Positions 12,586-25,872 of a stretch of DNA of 64,000 bases are shown in pieces. Below the pieces are notes generated by a model. The model saw only the letters and a program-made list of their open reading frames with translations. It did not search any database and was not told where the DNA came from. A program made the translations under genes and the position numbers. The stretch lies in assembly GCA_950097015.1 (NCBI GenBank), contig CATNEN010000025.1:7378001-7442000 (forward strand), read 5' to 3'. Within the stretch, counting starts at the first letter, position 1, and each line of letters begins with the position of its first letter. Source of the stretch: Macrostomum hystrix. Lineage: Eukaryota; Animalia; Platyhelminthes.

Positions 12586-13847
12586 TCATCTGACTCGAAT
12601 TTCCAGTGCGGTCCTACCGCCAATATGAGCACTGACGGCCTCCAGTGAGACGCAATCAGGGCGTAGGCCGGCAATGGAGTCGACGATGTCACCAACGCTG
12701 AGCAGGCCGGTGTACCAGGACTGCAGGGTGGCGTCGGCGAAGCGCGTTATGTAAGCTGCGCCTGCGGTGGGCGGATGGCCTGGTAGATGGCGAGTCTTTT
12801 AGGTTCCCCCAACCCTGCAACCGCAATTTACAGCCATATTCTGTCAGCTCTTTTTAGCCATATTATAAAAGTCACTCTTATCAGCCCGATTTTGACACTC
12901 TTATCCACATGATTCTGTCACTCTTATCCACATGATTCTGTCACTCTTATCCACATGATTCTGTCACTCATATCCACATGATTCTGTCACTCTTATCCAC
13001 ATGATTCTGTCACTCTTATCTATCATGATTCTGTCACTCTTATCCACATGATTCTGTCACTCTTATCCACATGATTCTGTCACTCTTATCCACATGATTC
13101 TGTCACTCTTATCTATCATGATTCTGTCACTCTTATCCACATGATTCTGTCACTCTTATCCACATGATTCTGTCACTCTTATCCATCATGATTCTGTCAC
13201 TCTTATCCACATGATTCTGTCACTCTTATCCACATGATTCTGTCACTCTTATCCACATGATTCTGTCACTCTTATCCATCATGATTCTGTCACTCTTATC
13301 CACATGATTCTGTCACTCTTATCTATCATGATTCTGTCACTCTTATCCACATGATTCTGTCACTCTTATCCATCATGATTCTGTCACTCTTATCCATCAT
13401 GATTCTGTCACTCTTATCCATCATGATTCTGTCACTCTTACCGCCAGGACGCTTGGCCAAGAAGAAACCGAAGCGGCCGCTCGGTGGCCGACGCAGCAGC
13501 AGCGTGCGGGAGCCGTCCAGATGTCGCAGCAGGACTTTGCCGCCGGGCTGGGTCGCGGCAGTGTTTGCGGGAGCAGGCACCAGTTGGACCATCTGCTGCA
13601 TTGACGCCTGCTGAAGGCGACAGCGCCGCAGACGACAGTGCCTCGGCGTGTCAGCATCGGCGCCCATCGATGTCGAGGAAGCTGCGGACACGACCGCCGA
13701 GGCGCTGAGGCTGCGAAAGATGCGCGCGAATTTCCGGCTGGCCCACCTGGTTGGGGTGCGCCAGACCCGACGGATGGGCGCCGGTTGCGAGGGGGTCGAC
13801 GGTGGCGGCTGCGCCTGCGCGATCTCGCTGCTCGTCTGGTAGGCCAT
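12586..13847 (-). CDS. Small single-PDZ-domain protein (Par-6/KIAA1614-like PDZ); exons 13442-13847 and 12586-12779, about 199 aa; 5' end uncertain
   Basis: GGC G|gtaaga...taccag|GC CAT joins RTLLLRRPPSGRFGFFL to AYITRFADATLQSWYTGLLSVGDIVDSIAG...LEIRVR*, giving the carboxylate-binding loop and GD motif of a PDZ domain. Confidence 0.7.
12893..13441. repeat. 23-24-bp intronic minisatellite (CTGTCACTCTTATCCACATGATT)n, about 23 copies
   Basis: Direct inspection; begins exactly at the PDZ gene 5' splice site. Confidence 0.95.
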
Positions 13848-14401
13848 TGCAGGCGGCGCTGCAGCAAGTCCGATCTGGAAGGTGATGTTTCAGAGTTTCT
13901 GGGTTGCAACAGACGGTCTCTGTCACTCTACGCTGTCACTCCCTCGATCTACGCTGTCACTCCATCGATCAACGCTGTCACTCCCTCGATCTAACTGTCA
14001 CTCTCAATCTAAGCCATTAACTCCCTCCATCTACTACCCTGTACACGCCATTGCTAGTTACTCGCCATTGTTCTGCCCGGCCGTCGTCTAATACGCGGGT
14101 TAGTGGCGATGCCACTGCGACCGGCCTGACGCCGGCGCTGTTGACCGTCGTTCAGAACACTTGCCAGGCTGCTCGGAGTGGAGCTTAACGAAGGCGCCGC
14201 ACAGCTGGTTAGTCGGTGATCGGCTCGAACTGGCGGCCTTTTGACATCGACATCGGCTGAGGTTGACGGTGACATCCTGCTGATCACCAGGCTGTTGGGG
14301 GCGTCTGTTGGCAATGCGCGAGAAACATTATTAGAACTGAATCCAAGCAACCAACTCCCTTCCCCACCCCACACCCTTCCCATCCCACATCCGAGGCACG
14401 G

Positions 14402-14790
14402 AAGAGATGAGACGCGGGAGAGATGAGACACGGGAGAGATAAGACATGAGAGAGATGAGACACGGGAGACGTGAGACCCGGGAGAGATGAGACAGATGAG
14501 AGATGAGACCCAGTAGAGATGAGACAGATGAGAGATGAGCTCAGTAGAGATGAGACAGATGAGAGATGAGACTCAGTAGAGATGAGACAGATGAGAGATG
14601 AGACACGGGAGACATGAGACCCGGGAGAGATGAGACAGATGAGATATGAGACACGGGAGAGATGAGACACGGGAGAGATGAGCTCAGTAGAGATGAGACA
14701 GATGAGAGATGAGACTCAGTAGAGATGAGACAGATGAGAGATGAGACTCAGTAGAGATGAGACACGGGAGAGAAGAGACATGGGAGAGGA
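14402..14790. repeat. Purine-rich degenerate repeat (GAGATGAGAC-based)
   Basis: Direct inspection. Confidence 0.85.
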
Positions 14791-16058
14791 TCCTGTTGCA
14801 CACGTGGGCCGGATTTATGTCAAATGACACATTTTTCCGTTTAGCCACTTTAAAAATTGTTCCGATTCAACCAATTGCAAATTTTATTTGAATTCAGCAA
14901 TAAAGATGCTCTAATCCATGTGAATGCGATGACAGTAAACAACAACAATCTACGCTGTCTTGATATTGTTGCAGTTTAAATTTGGTACAGAATTAGAAGT
15001 TACCAATCTTTTAATAAAGACTCGCAATTGAAAAAAACAATCACCAAAACAGAACTTACAATTACGTTGAGTCATCATTCTTCGCTGTCCAAACTCGACA
15101 GATAAATTGCGCATAGTTGCAGAGTGGGGCTAATGTTTATGAAATCAGTTTAACCGGCTTTCTAAGGAAAACTTCCACTTGACTAACGAGGGCCCGTATT
15201 ATACCTCGATTTAAAAGAATGAAATCACGCGCCCAGGCTCACAGTGAGTAAAACGGACCCCCTCTACCCCGCAAATGTAAAACTCTCACCACTGTAAAAC
15301 TCACTGCGTTCTAATTGGCTGGAGCGAAAACTCCTTTTCACACCCTTGGCCCAATAGGCTCGTCTGAGGCCTGCCTAAAGCCTTAATCAAAGCCCCACCA
15401 CCCCCACTTCACACCGAGGGGTTCCGTATATATAAAAATCTAAATTTTCTATACGTTAAAATATCGCCGGCCGGCATTAAATGTCGCGGCCTGACTAAAA
15501 AATTATTTTAAGAACACTATCTATGAAGCCATAGCAACAGAAATACATTGCGACGCAACATAAATAGATATTTTGGAAATTGTGTTGCTAACTCAATTAA
15601 CCAGATTTAGTCCTGGTTCCTATTGTACTTAGCAACAAAGCTACACACGAATGCCGAAGTTGTGCAAATCTTGGTTTGTAAACAACATTTCTTAAACAAA
15701 TTTCACTATTATTTTAAACTAAACGATTAGCCTACTGTTAGTAGTGGAATATATGTCTACGGCAAACGCACAACTCGCGTAGGAAAAGCAATAGCTAAAC
15801 GTATAAGGCGTTTAGGCTAATGAGGATCTTAAGCGTGCTCTTACAGTGTAGCGTGAGTCCTGTGAGACTGTGAGAGTGACACATCGACGATTTGAGGATT
15901 GTGAAGTCCGTAATTTTGCCTCGACTGCAACCCGTTTATAATGGACATAAAATCTCCTTAATTTGTTTATTTACTTAGAATTCGAATTGATTTATGTTAC
16001 AAACTCGATATCAGTAATAACGAGAAAAAGTACAGCGCTAAATTATACGATTAGTATA

Positions 16059-18125
16059 GCTGACCCAATCCCATATCAGTGATGTAGTGAGCTGACCCAA
16101 TCACATATCAGTGCAGTGGTGAGCTGACCCAATCCCATATCAGTGATGTGGTGAGCTGACCCAATCCCATATCAGTGATGTGGTGAGCTGACCCAATCCC
16201 ATATCAGTGATGTAGTGAGCTGACCCAATCCCATATCAGTGATGTAGTGAGCTGACCCAATCACATATCAGTGCAGTGGTGAGCTGACCCAATCCCATAT
16301 CAGTGATGTGGTGAGCTGACCCAATCCCATATCAGTGATGTGGTGAGCTGACCCAATCCCATATCAGTGATGTAGTGAGCTGACCCAATCCCATATCAGT
16401 GATGTAGTGAGCTGACCCAATCCCATATCAGTGATGTGGTGAGCTGACCCAATCCCATATCAGTGCAGTGGTGAGCTGACCCAATCCCATATCAGTGCAG
16501 TGGTGAGCTGACCCAATCCCATATCAGTGATGTGGTGAGCTGACCCAATCCCATATCAGTGATGTGGTGAGCTGACCCAATCCCATATCAGTGATGTGGT
16601 GAGCTGACCCAATCCCATATCAGTGATGTGGTGAGCTGACCCAATCCCATATCAGTGCAGTGGTGAGCTGACCCAATCCCATATCATTGATGTGGTGAGC
16701 TGACCCAATCCCATATCAGTGATGTGGTGAGCTGACCCAATCCCATATCAGTGATGTGGTGAGCTGACCCAATCCCATATCAGTGCAGTGGTGAGCTGAC
16801 CCAATCCCATATCAGTGATGTGGTGAGCTGACCCAATCACATATCAGTGATGTGGTGAGCTGACCCAATCCCATATCAGTGATGTGGTGAGCTGACCCAA
16901 TCCCATATCAGTGATGTGGTGAGCTGACCCAATCCCATATCAGTGATGTGTTGAGCTGACCCAATCCCATATCAGTGATGTGGTGAGCTGACCCAATCCC
17001 ATATCAGTGCAGTGGTGAGCTGACCCAATCACATATCAGTGATTTAGTGAGCTGACCCAATCCCATATCAGTGATGTAGTGAGCTGACCCAATCCCATAT
17101 CAGTGCAGTGGTGAGCTGACCCAATCCCATATCAGTGCAGTGGTGAGCTGACCCAATCCCATATCAGTGCAGTGGTGAGCTGACCCAATCCCATATCAGT
17201 GCAGTGGTGAGCTGACCCAATCCCATATCAGTGATGTGGTGAGCTGACCCAATCCCATATCAGTGCAGTGGTGAGCTGACCCAATCCCATATCAGTGCAG
17301 TGGTGAGCTGACCCAATCCCATATCAGTGCAGTGGTGAGCTGACCCAATCCCATATCAGTGCAGTGGTGAGCTGACCCAATCCCATATCAGTGCAGTGGT
17401 GAGCTGACCCAATCCCATATCAGTGCAGTGGTGAGCTGACCCAATCCCATATCAGTGCAGTGGTGAGCTGACCCAATCCCATATCAGTGATGTGGTGAGC
17501 TGACCCAATCCCATATCAGTGATGTGGTGAGCTGACCCAATCCCATATCAGTGATGTGGTGAGCTGACCCAATCCCATATCAGTGATGTGGTGAGCTGAC
17601 CCAATCCCATATCAGTGATGTGGTGAGCTGACCCAATCCCATATCAGTGATGTGGTGAGCTGACCCAATCCCATATCAGTGATGTGGTGAGCTGACCCAA
17701 TCCCATATCAGTGATGTGGTGAGCTGACCCAATCCCATATTAGTGATGTGGTGAGCTGACCCAATCCCATATCAGTGATGTGGTGAGCTGACCCAATCCC
17801 ATATCAGTGCAGTGGTGAGCTGACCCAATCCCATATCAGTGATGTGGTGAGCTGACCCAATCCCATATCAGTGATGTGGTGAGCTGACCCAATCCCATAT
17901 CAGTGATGTGGTGAGCTGACCCAATCCCATATCAGTGCAGTGGTGAGCTGACCCAATCCCATATCAGTGCGGTGGTGAGCTGACCCAATCCCATATCAGT
18001 GATGTGGTGAGCTGACCCAATCCCATATCAGTGCAGTGGTGAGCTGACCCAATCCCATATCAGTGATGTGGTGAGCTGACCCAATCCCATATGCTGACCC
18101 AATCCCATATCATTGATGTGGTGAG
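16059..18125. repeat. 32-bp minisatellite (GCTGACCCAATCCCATATCAGTGATGTGGTGA)n, about 64 copies
   Basis: Period 32 confirmed by registers (e.g. 16381 vs 16861); variants GTGATGTG/GTGCAGTG. Confidence 0.97.
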
Positions 18126-18574
18126 CCTCATTCCTCCAGTTGCAAAGCTCCAGTCAGCGCCAAATAGCTGGACTGTCCAATCAGAATGCAGTTCACTTTG
18201 TGACCCAGCTCTGTCGCTCTTTCCTGGCCATAGGATAATTCTAAGGATGGAGGGCACCGCATAAGAGGAGCCGATTTTGCCAGTAAGATAAGCGCGTGAG
18301 TTGCTGATTTCCGAACTCAAACGTAAATTGCATATTACATTTCCACGCACTTTTTAATGAAATAATCTAACTTCTGTCTCATTCGGAGGGCGAAAATTTC
18401 CGGTACGTTTTTAATTCTAGCTCGTAATACGACTGGTCTGAAAGCAGACTGTACAGTTAGTAGATATTCTTAAATTTTCCATTTCTGTAAAAACTTCAAG
18501 GATTAGTTAGGATTGGAAGAATTATTTTAATTGTCTCTATTTAAGCATATTTTTACTATGGTCAGTAAAAATCC

Positions 18575-19112
18575 TGATTCTTAGTCCCGAGTTAAGGCTT
18601 GATCCCGATTCTAAGTCCCGAGTTCAGGCTTGATCCCGCTTCTTAGTCCCAGTTTTAAGCTTGATCCCGATTCGAAGTCCCGAGTTTAGGCTTTATCCAA
18701 ATTCTAAGTCCCGAGTTTAGGCTTGATCCCAATTCTAAGTTCCGAGTTTAGGCTTGATCCCAATTCTATGTCCCGAGTTTAGGTTTGATCCCGATTCTTA
18801 GTCCCGAGTTCAGGCTTGATCCCGCTTCTTAGTCCCGAGTTTAGGCTTGATCCTGATTCTTAGTCCCGAGTTTTTTATTGATCCTGATTCTAAGTCCCGA
18901 GTTTTGGCTCGATCTTCATTCTTAGTCCCAGGATTAGGCTTGATCCCGATTCTTAGTCCCAGTTTTAGGCTTGATCCCGATTCTTAGTCCCAGTTTTAGG
19001 CTTGATCCCGATTCTTAGTCCCAGTTTTAGGCTTGATCCCGATTCTTAGTCCCGAGTTTAGGCTTGAACCCGATTCTTAGTCCCGAGTTTAGGGTTGAAC
19101 CCGATTCTTAGT
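18575..19112 (-). repeat. Reverse-complement array of the 8.1-9.0 kb minisatellite
   Basis: GCTTGATCCCGATTCTTAGTCCCAGTTTTAG is the reverse complement of the 8.8 kb unit. Confidence 0.93.
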
Positions 19113-19603
19113 CTTAGGATTGATCTCTATCCTAAGTCTCACATAGTCTCACCTATCCTAGTCTCATATAGTCTCACCTCTGTCTATCCGAAAGCTGTGA
19201 TAGATCGATGGCTCTCCCATCTTTCCATCCTTAATCTTCACATTATCCTCTGAAGCTGTTCTCTAAGTCGTCGAAAATTTCAAGAAATGTTTTCCTGTCT
19301 GCTCGGGAATGCTTTAAATTTATGCTTGCGAGCGGAAGCAAGCGAGCATGTTCTGTGCTAGTTGACCTGTCCCAAATTTGTCCCAGTTTAGTAGAAATAG
19401 CGAAAAAAATAGGAGCAAAATTTGTCTAACAGAGTTTTATCACGAAATTGCATAATTTCATAGTTTTATTCGCTTCGCTCAGTGTGCTGAGTTGGAAGTC
19501 AGACCGACAGAAAATTTCGATAATAACAGAGCGTCTTCAAGAGGAAACTGCCTCCATGTTCCGACAACTTCTGTTTGTCTTTCTCGTTCTTGTCTGATAT
19601 TAC

Positions 19604-21845
19604 TGTCTGTCTGTCTGTCCTGGGTGTCTGTCTGTCTGTCTGTCTGTCTGTCTGCCCGTTCCGTCCTGTTTTGTCCTGTTCTGTTCTGGTCTGTTCTGAC
19701 CTGTCCTATCCTCTCCTATATTGTCCCGTCCTGTTTTGTTCTGTTCTTTTCTGTCCTGTCCCGTCCTGTCCTGTCCTGTCTTGTTCTCTATCATATCCTA
19801 TCGTGTCCTGTCCTGTCTTGTTCTCTATCATGTCCTATCGTGTCCTGTCCTGTCTTGTTCTCTATCATGTCTTATCGTGTCCTGTCCTGTCCTGTCCTGT
19901 TCTCTATCATATCCTATCGTGTCCTGTCCTGTTCTCTATCATGTCCTATCGTGTCCTGTCCTGTCCTGTCCTGTTCTCTATCATATCCTATCGTGTCCTG
20001 TCCTGTCCTGTTCTCTATTATGTCCTATTGTGTCCTGTCCTGTCCTGTCCTGTTCTCTATCATGTCCTATCGTGTCCTGTCCTGTCCTGTTCTCTATCAT
20101 ATCCTATCGTGTCCTGTCCTGTTCTCTATCATGTCCTATCGTGTCCTGTCCTGTTCTCTATCATATCCTATCGTGTCCTGTCCTGTTCTCTATCATGTCC
20201 TATCGTGTCCTGTCCTGTTCTCTATCATGTCCTATCGTGTCCTGTCCTGTTCTCTATCATATCCTATCGTGTCCTGTCCTGTTCTCTATCATGTCCTATC
20301 GTGTCCTGTCCTGTTCTCTATCATGTCCTATCGTGTCCTGTCCTGTTCTCTATCATATCCTATCGTGTCCTGTCCTGTTCTCTATCATGTCCTATCGTGT
20401 CCTGTCCTGTCCTGTCCTGTTCTCTATCATATCCTATCGTGTCCTGTCATGTCCTGTCCTGTTCTCTATCATGTCCTGTCGTGTCCTGTCCTGTCCTGTC
20501 CTGTTCTCTATCATATCCTATCGTGTCCTGTCATGTCCTGTCCTGTTCTCTATCATGTCCTATTGTGTCCTGTCCTGTCCTGTGCTGTTCTCTATCATGT
20601 CCTATTGTGTCCTGTCCTGTCCTGTCCTGTTCTCTATCATGTCCTATCGTGTCCTGTCCTGTCCTGTCCTGTTCTCTATCATATCCTATCGTGTCCTGTC
20701 CTGTTCTCTATCATGTCCTATCGTGTCCTGTCCTGTCCTGTCCTGTTCTCTATCATATCCTATCGTGTCCTGTCATGTCCTGTCCTGTTCTCTATCATGT
20801 CCTATTGTGTCCTGTCCTGTCCTGTGCTGTTCTCTATCATGTCCTATTGTGTCCTGTCCTGTCCTGTCCTGTTCTCTATCATGTCCTATCGTGTCCTGTC
20901 CTGTCCTGTCCTGTTCTCTATCATATCCTATCGTGTCCTGTCCTGTCCTGTTCTCTATCATATCCTATCGTGTCCTGTCCTGTCCTGTTCTCTATCATAT
21001 CCTATCGTGTCCTGTCCTGTTCTCTATCATGTCCTATCGTGTCCTGTCCTGTCCTGTTCTCTATCATATCCTATCGTGTCCTGTCCTGTTCTCTATCATA
21101 TCCTATCGTGTCCTGTCCTGTTCTCTATCATGTCCTATCGTGTCCTGTCCTGTTCTCTATCATATCCTATCGTGTCCTGTCCTGTTCTCTATCATGTCCT
21201 ATCGTGTCCTGTCCTGTCCTGTTCTCTATCATATCCTATCGTGTCCTGTCCTGTTCTCTATCATGTCCTATCGTGTCCTGTCCTGTCCTGTTCTCTATCA
21301 TATCCTATCGTATCCTGTCCTGTTCTCTATCATGTCCTATCGTGTCCTGTCCTGTTCTCTATCATATCCTATCATATCCTGTCCTGTTCTCTATCATGTC
21401 CTATCGTGTCCTGTCCTGTTCTCTATCATATCCTATCGTGTCCTGTCCTGTTCTCTATCATGTCCTATCGTGTCCTGTCCTGTTCTCTATCATATCCTAT
21501 CGTGTCCTGTCCTGTTCTCTATCATGTCCTATCGTGTCCTGTCCTGTCCTGTTCTCTATCATATCCTATCGTGTCCTGTCCTGTTCTCTATCATGTCCTA
21601 TCGTGTCCTGTCCTGTCCTGTTCTCTATCATATCCTATCGTGTCCTGTCCTGTTCTCTATCATGTCCTATCGTGTCCTGTCCTGTCCTGTTCTCTATCAT
21701 ATCCTATCGTGTCCTGTCCTGTTCTCTATCATATCCTATCGTGTCCTGTCCTGTTCTCTATCATGTCCTATCGTGTCCTGTCCTGTTCTCTATCATGCCC
21801 TATCGTGTCCTGTCCTGTTCTCTATCATGTCCTATCGTGTCCTGT
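19604..21845. repeat. (CTGT)n/(GTCCT)n grading into a 32-bp unit CTGTTCTCTATCATRTCCTATCGTGTCCTGTC with variable extra GTCCT pentamers
   Basis: Direct inspection; source of the spurious 700-840 aa Cys-rich ORFs. Confidence 0.96.
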
Positions 21846-23043
21846 GAAATGCAGAGCGCGTATTCTCTATCCAGCGAAGCCACTCAGCAGCCGTGAAAGC
21901 CAAATTATGAAAAATCCACTGAAAAATGGCACTCAAAAAATTGTCACCAACCCAGAAATTAACGGCGATGCCTTTGCTGCTGCTGCTGCTGTAAAAGAGA
22001 AAGAATGATAGATAGGGGCAGAAGCATGGCTGGTATAAGCGTGAACACATTTAGCAGCTTTCACCATCCTATGGTAGCTCCCAGATTGCTATCCAAGAAA
22101 TGAGCCGCATCTCTTCATTGGAGGCAATAATCATAGAATGATTATACGGCATAAGCAGAAATGCGGGTATCGCGCGTTTGCAAATAGCTCACGCTGCGCA
22201 CTTTTTTCCTCGCGTCAATAAACTGCTTTTGGGGGGATTCCGTTGGTCCTGCCGCTGGAGAATGCAAATTTAATATTCCCTTGATTTCTCGAATAAATTT
22301 CCACAAGTGTGGCGGCGAGTTTTTTGGCTCGAAAAATCTCAAGGACCGCTCTTTCACCGCCTCTTCGCATTATAATTTTCACACCATTTTTTGCCTCTTA
22401 CAATTTTATCTCGATGAATAAAAGCCAGATTTCGATAGAAACTCAAAACAGTCTTCTAATTGTTGGCAGTCAATCAGCTTTGGTTCTGGAGAACTGCTCG
22501 TTAGAGAGGAGCCACAACTGCCATGGAAGAAATTCTCAGAGCCAACCCCAAAATTGCCGATCCCATTTTCTCTTCAGGATTGCAAAAGCAGAAGACTGTT
22601 AGACTGCAGTCTCCGACGAGGGAGCTAATTCAATTCTTGTCACAGAATAATCCCCCCCATAAAGCTGAACGCTTTCAGACTCTGCATGGAGACAAAAAAG
22701 AGGGAGAAATCAATGTGGGCCGCCGTCCTTTGACCCCCGGGCCGGCGGCACCTTGCCTTCAGCTCCCTAGGGATTTTCTCTGCCGCCTTATTTTCCCCTA
22801 GATTTCTCTTCTGAAGCCTTCAGCGATTCAGTCATCGTCTCTTTACCCTCATGGAAACAGACTCTGTCCTCTGGCCTGAGTTATTGCTCAGTAGAAAACT
22901 GAGCACCGACAATATGACTCTGCTTCTCCGAGTCTTCTTCTCCTGCTCAACCACACTTACTAGCACCCTAACTTATTCATAATCTGACGCAATCAACCTA
23001 CAGTCTTGGTAGAGTAGACTTGGTACAGTCTGGGTAGGTTCTC

Positions 23044-23562
23044 TACCCAGCAAAATCTACCCGCTCTACCAAACTCAATCTACCCACTCTACCAAACTCA
23101 ATCTACCCACTCTACCAAACTCAATCTACCCACTCTACCAAACTCAATCTACCCGCTCTACCAAACTCAATCTACCCACTCTATCAAACTCAATCTATCC
23201 ACTCTACCAAGCTAAATCTACCCACTCTACCAAATTCAATCTACCCACTCTACCAAACTCAATCTACCCACTCTACCAAAATCAATCTACCCGCTCTACC
23301 AAACTCAATCTACCCACTCTACCAAACTCAATCTACCCACTCTACCAAACTCAATCTACCCACTCTACCAAACTCAATCTACCCGCTCTACCAAACTCAA
23401 TCTACCCACTCTACCAAACTCAATCTATCCACTCTACCAAGCTAAATCTACCCACTCTACCAAATTCAATCTACCCACTCTACCAAAATCAATCTACCCA
23501 CTCTACCAAACTCAATCTACCCACTCTACCAAACTCAATCTACCCACTCTACCAAAATCAAT
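23044..23562. repeat. 23-bp minisatellite (ACTCTACCAAACTCAATCTACCC)n
   Basis: Direct inspection. Confidence 0.94.
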
Positions 23563-24419
23563 TTATTCAATATACCCCCTGGACTCGATCTACCTACTCA
23601 ATCTATCCCAATCTACCCATATTTACCTCATCTCTGTTGTTCTCCGCAGTTCGCGCACAGTCTCTTCCCTGATCCCATCCTCGCATTTTCTTGCACTCCC
23701 CGAGTGTCAAGTTGCATTTAGGTCTGTTAAATTTTGCCAAACCCGAATCCAAAACCAGGAAGTCTCACCCGAGCGTGAGAGATTAAATTAGCAGGAAGAG
23801 GTGAGGCAGATAGGTGAATTCAGTGTAGCACAATACTCTGGGAAAATTTGTTTTATCGGATTAATTACAATTGACTGATTGCTAATCAAGTGATTGCAGA
23901 TTTTCAGGTGCAGAAAAAGTCGTTGTCAAGACTAATTATTATGACACATACTCTGACAGGGTATATTACAAGATATGGATTTAAGCTGATTGTAAAACAA
24001 CGACATGTACACATCATGTATTAGCTTATTTATGGTTGTCCGTGTACAAAATATCGTTTTTAGTTCTCAGATCCCTATCTGCTAGAAGGGTGGGAGATTG
24101 TGATGTTGGAAGCAGCAATTCCCAATGTACAAGCTATCCGGTGGCTGTGTCTTTTAGTGAGTAAAAAATAATGCATAATAAAACAGCGGGACTGTTCCGC
24201 TGGCGGGCGGTGGGGCCAAGGTGGGCAGGTCGCGGATCTCCACCATATGCATGCAGCACAGAGACACCCGTATCTGATCTCTATCGTGATCTGACAGGCG
24301 GGATGACGCTATGCTATGCTGAGAGTCCGTTGACTGTATGATATGAATAATCATTTTTGGGATATAAACTTTTGCTCACTGGAACTTTTGATCTGTGAAG
24401 TTGGCCTGCCCCACAATGA

Positions 24420-24800
24420 CTCTCCGCCTCTCACTCCCCCTCTCCTCTTCTCCCTCTCCTCTTCTTCCCTGTCTTCTTCTCCCCTCTTCTCTTCCCCCCT
24501 CTCCTCTTCTCCCCTCTCCTCTTCTTCCCTGTCTTCTTTTCCCCTCTTCTCTTCTCCCCTCTCCTCTTCTCCCCTCTTCTCTTCTCCCCTCTCCTCTTCT
24601 CCCCTCTTCTCTTCTTCCCTCTCCTCTTCTCCCCTCTCCTCTTCTCCCCTCCCCTCTTCTCCCTCTCCTCTTCTTCCCTGTCTTCTTCTCCCATCTTCTC
24701 TTCACCACTTTCCTTTTCTTCCCTTTCCTCTTCTCTCCTCTCCCCTTCTCTCCCCTCCTCTCCTCTTCTCTCCTCTTCTCCCTAATTTTCTCCTCTCCAT
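24420..24800. repeat. Polypyrimidine simple repeat (CCCCTCTYCTCTTCT-like)
   Basis: Direct inspection. Confidence 0.9.
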
Positions 24801-25872
24801 TCTACATCTTCTACACCTTCTGCCTCTTTCTCCTCCACGCGATCTGATCTTTATCTGCCACCCTTCTCTTTTACCCTCTATTCTTGTTTCTTAAATCAAC
24901 ATATTTTTTGGCTTATCTCCTGAATTTTTTTAATAATTGACAAGCAATTTTTATCATTCGATTCTCTCTACCTCCCTGCATGCCAAACAAAGCCATGCTG
25001 CTTGTTGCAAAGGACAGAGAGAAAAATACTGGATCTGATTGCTGAAATATTTTCTTTCAAGAAGTCCGATGCAGCTGACTCGATGCAAAACAAGCCCTTC
25101 GGCCGTCCTGAACTGCCTGTGACAGATTCGGACACGTTAGTTGCAATAGAAATTTCCCATCGCAGTAGACGAATTTTCGAGTCCCGTACTCATATAACCC
25201 ATGCCGTTCTCCCCTTTGATTGAATGCGTTCCAAAGGCTAATCGGTATCGCCTCCAGGCAATATTCCCTGCACAACGGACACGCTCCGCAGGCCAAGAGC
25301 ACGAGAAAATCCAACACCTTGACGACGCAACCGAATACTTTGTGGAGCTAACTTTCACACTTTTAGTCCACATCCCCTGAGGACGTCACACCTCACGGAG
25401 CTCACGCAACCAGCCGAACGGAGGCGGAGAAGAGAGAAAGCGAATCTAGGTAGGGGATAAGAACTGGGAAAACCGATGACTTTCGTCACACTCGAGCTGG
25501 CCCGAGAATTCAAGCTGGAGGAAGAGGCGAATACAACACCCGAGCTCGGCCTACTCCCCCCAACAGGGGAAGAGAAATGCAACTTGAAGAGGCCGCGCGA
25601 GCAAGTTGAGAAGAAGATTCGCTAGGTGTCTAGGCGGAGTCTGCTTGTTGACTGACTCAGGTTTGGAAAAGCTGGCCAGCCGTTGCTGCTGCTGCTGCTG
25701 CTGGAGATTATGCCTGGCGAGGATAGGCATTCGTTGGCCTGTTGCTAAGCAGAGTGTTTCACCGATTTTCAATAACAATGCATCATTAGACAATAGATCT
25801 TTACACAAATCAGGGAGAACAAAGATTAATAAAATTATCATTCGACATCTTGTCAGATCACCCAACTTCATA

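Noticed and set aside
15300-15440. CCAAT-like and TATA-like motifs
   Set aside because: Short motifs in AT-rich DNA with no assignable transcript.
16059-18125. CRISPR-like appearance of 31-32-bp repeats (also 8.1 kb, 42.4 kb)
   Set aside because: Head-to-tail units without unique spacers, no cas genes, eukaryotic intron-containing context.
19492-22008. 700-840 aa Cys-rich ORFs in all three + frames
   Set aside because: Produced by a repeat with no stop codons on that strand; no domain features.
19200-22900. Exon-like segments (e.g. VLSWKSDRQKISIITERLQEETASMF; MEEILRANPKIADPIF...)
   Set aside because: No convincing donor/acceptor chain or recognisable homology; unresolved without RNA-seq.
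24995-25860. GC-richer block with short ORFs, possible NR2 upstream exon or separate gene
   Set aside because: No consistent frame or motif; could be 5' UTR.
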